Assembly (NCBI GenBank): GCA_905250005.1
Contig: CAJNOH010000914.1
Location: 10,375-18,263 of the forward strand
DNA from: Rotaria sordida
Lineage: Eukaryota
DNA: 7,889 nucleotides
Direction: 5' to 3'
Both the position numbers and the translations under genes were made by a program. This document shows positions 7,307 through 7,889 of the stretch, piece by piece. Numbering within the stretch: position 1 is the stretch's first letter; each line of letters opens with the position of its first letter. Under the pieces are notes generated by a model. The model was not told where the DNA came from. It saw nothing but the letters and a program-made list of their open reading frames with translations, and made no database searches.

Positions 7307-7558
7307 CTTGTTTTGAATATGCCTCTGTGCTTGTTCTCGAAACTGTGCACTTCTCACAGCTTTATATACATCTAACGTCCATTATGATTCACGCTGTTTC
7401 TCTTTTCTTTTCTTTTTTTGTGTTTCAATAAGCGCTGTTAACTTGTTTACGAGTATACGAAAGTCGTCATAAAGAGAGACAGAGAACGAAAAAAGAAGCC
7501 TTGCATTCTCTTTGCTTTTATTATAGAATTCATCTATTGGCGCTCCTTTCAATCCAGG
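7307..7558 (-). CDS. Candidate exon (or exon plus pseudogenised segment) of an unidentified minus-strand gene
   Basis: Bounded on the minus strand by acceptor-like GTTTTTGTTATTGTTAG and donor CAAG|GTAAGTGTG. The 252-nt interval translates as PGLKGAPIDEFYNKSKENARLLFSFSVSLYDDFRILVNKLTALIETQKKKRKEKQRES*WTLDVYKAVRSAQFREQAQRHIQNK, with one in-frame TAA. Confidence 0.4.
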
Positions 7559-7691
7559 CTAACAATAACAAAAACTGTTACGAAATAATGTACACGGACA
7601 TTAAAGAGCGACAGATCAATATAGCTTTCAATATACATTGGATTTGAGTGATAAGGTAATGTTAAGTACAAGTACACATGTATACTGGGTG

Positions 7692-7727
7692 TGGGTGTGA
7701 GTTAAGAGAATCCCACACTCACACCCA
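7692..7727. repeat. Perfect GT/CA hairpin, 11-bp stem, 14-nt loop
   Basis: TGGGTGTGAGT (7692-7702) and ACTCACACCCA (7717-7727), preceded by a further gggtg. Confidence 0.93.
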
Positions 7728-7756
7728 GCGACGCCCATACCACAAGGGGGAAAAAT

Positions 7757-7889
7757 CGGAATCCTTGAATCCTGAATTCCTTTGGATTCCAAAGATTCCC
7801 TGTGATTCTTTCGGATTCCAAGGATTCCCTAGGATTCCTTAGGATTCCGTAAGATTCCGTAGGATTCCATAAGATTCCTTAGGATTCCA
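7757..7889 (+). repeat. GGATTCC array, exact 10-nt period from about 7781, continuing past the window
   Basis: Successive 10-mers: tttggattcc, aaagattccc, tgtgattctt, tcggattcca, aggattccct, aggattcctt, aggattccgt, aagattccgt, aggattccat, aagattcctt, aggattcca. An irregular start ggaatcc-ttgaatcc-tgaattcc precedes it. Confidence 0.93.

Noticed and set aside
7307-7558. Reassignment of TAA to glutamine (ciliate-like code) to explain the in-frame TAA
   Set aside because: The best gene (5449-6456) uses only CAA/CAG for its many glutamines, with no TAA or TAG over 335 codons, which argues for the standard code.

Overview
The window looks like AT-rich eukaryotic nuclear DNA, probably from a protist or fungus-like genome. 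Spliceosomal-type GT-AG signals, intron-like TA repeats and abundant satellite DNA support this; there are no bacterial operon signals. It falls into five parts. (1) 1-346: a tandem array of seven 51-nt units with AAGGGTTTA and CCCTTT cores. (2) 420-600, minus strand: a short, very protein-like open frame bounded by a 3' splice-site-like sequence. (3) About 780-3245: a T-rich minisatellite of about 40 monomers (59-68 nt) with a recurring C-D-E higher-order arrangement. (4) About 3610-4740: a 42-nt minisatellite that flips orientation around 4117, forming a large imperfect inverted repeat. It is followed by a dense cluster of palindromes with 13-bp and 15-bp perfect hairpins and a 38-nt inverted repeat with one mismatch. 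(5) 4790-7740: coding-like DNA. The best gene is on the minus strand at 6456-5449, a coiled-coil protein whose annotated ORF very probably reads through a 78-nt in-frame intron containing (TA)12.5. Candidate partial exons lie on either side. A GGGTGTG / CACACCC motif, often arranged as an inverted pair, occurs at four loci, three of them at satellite borders. A 10-nt GGATTCC array runs off the right end. I find no evidence for CRISPR, phage, toxin-antitoxin or known transposase content. No coherent new biological system can be claimed; the strongest unusual signals are structural (inverted minisatellite, palindrome cluster, recurrent GT/CA hairpins). No database search was possible.
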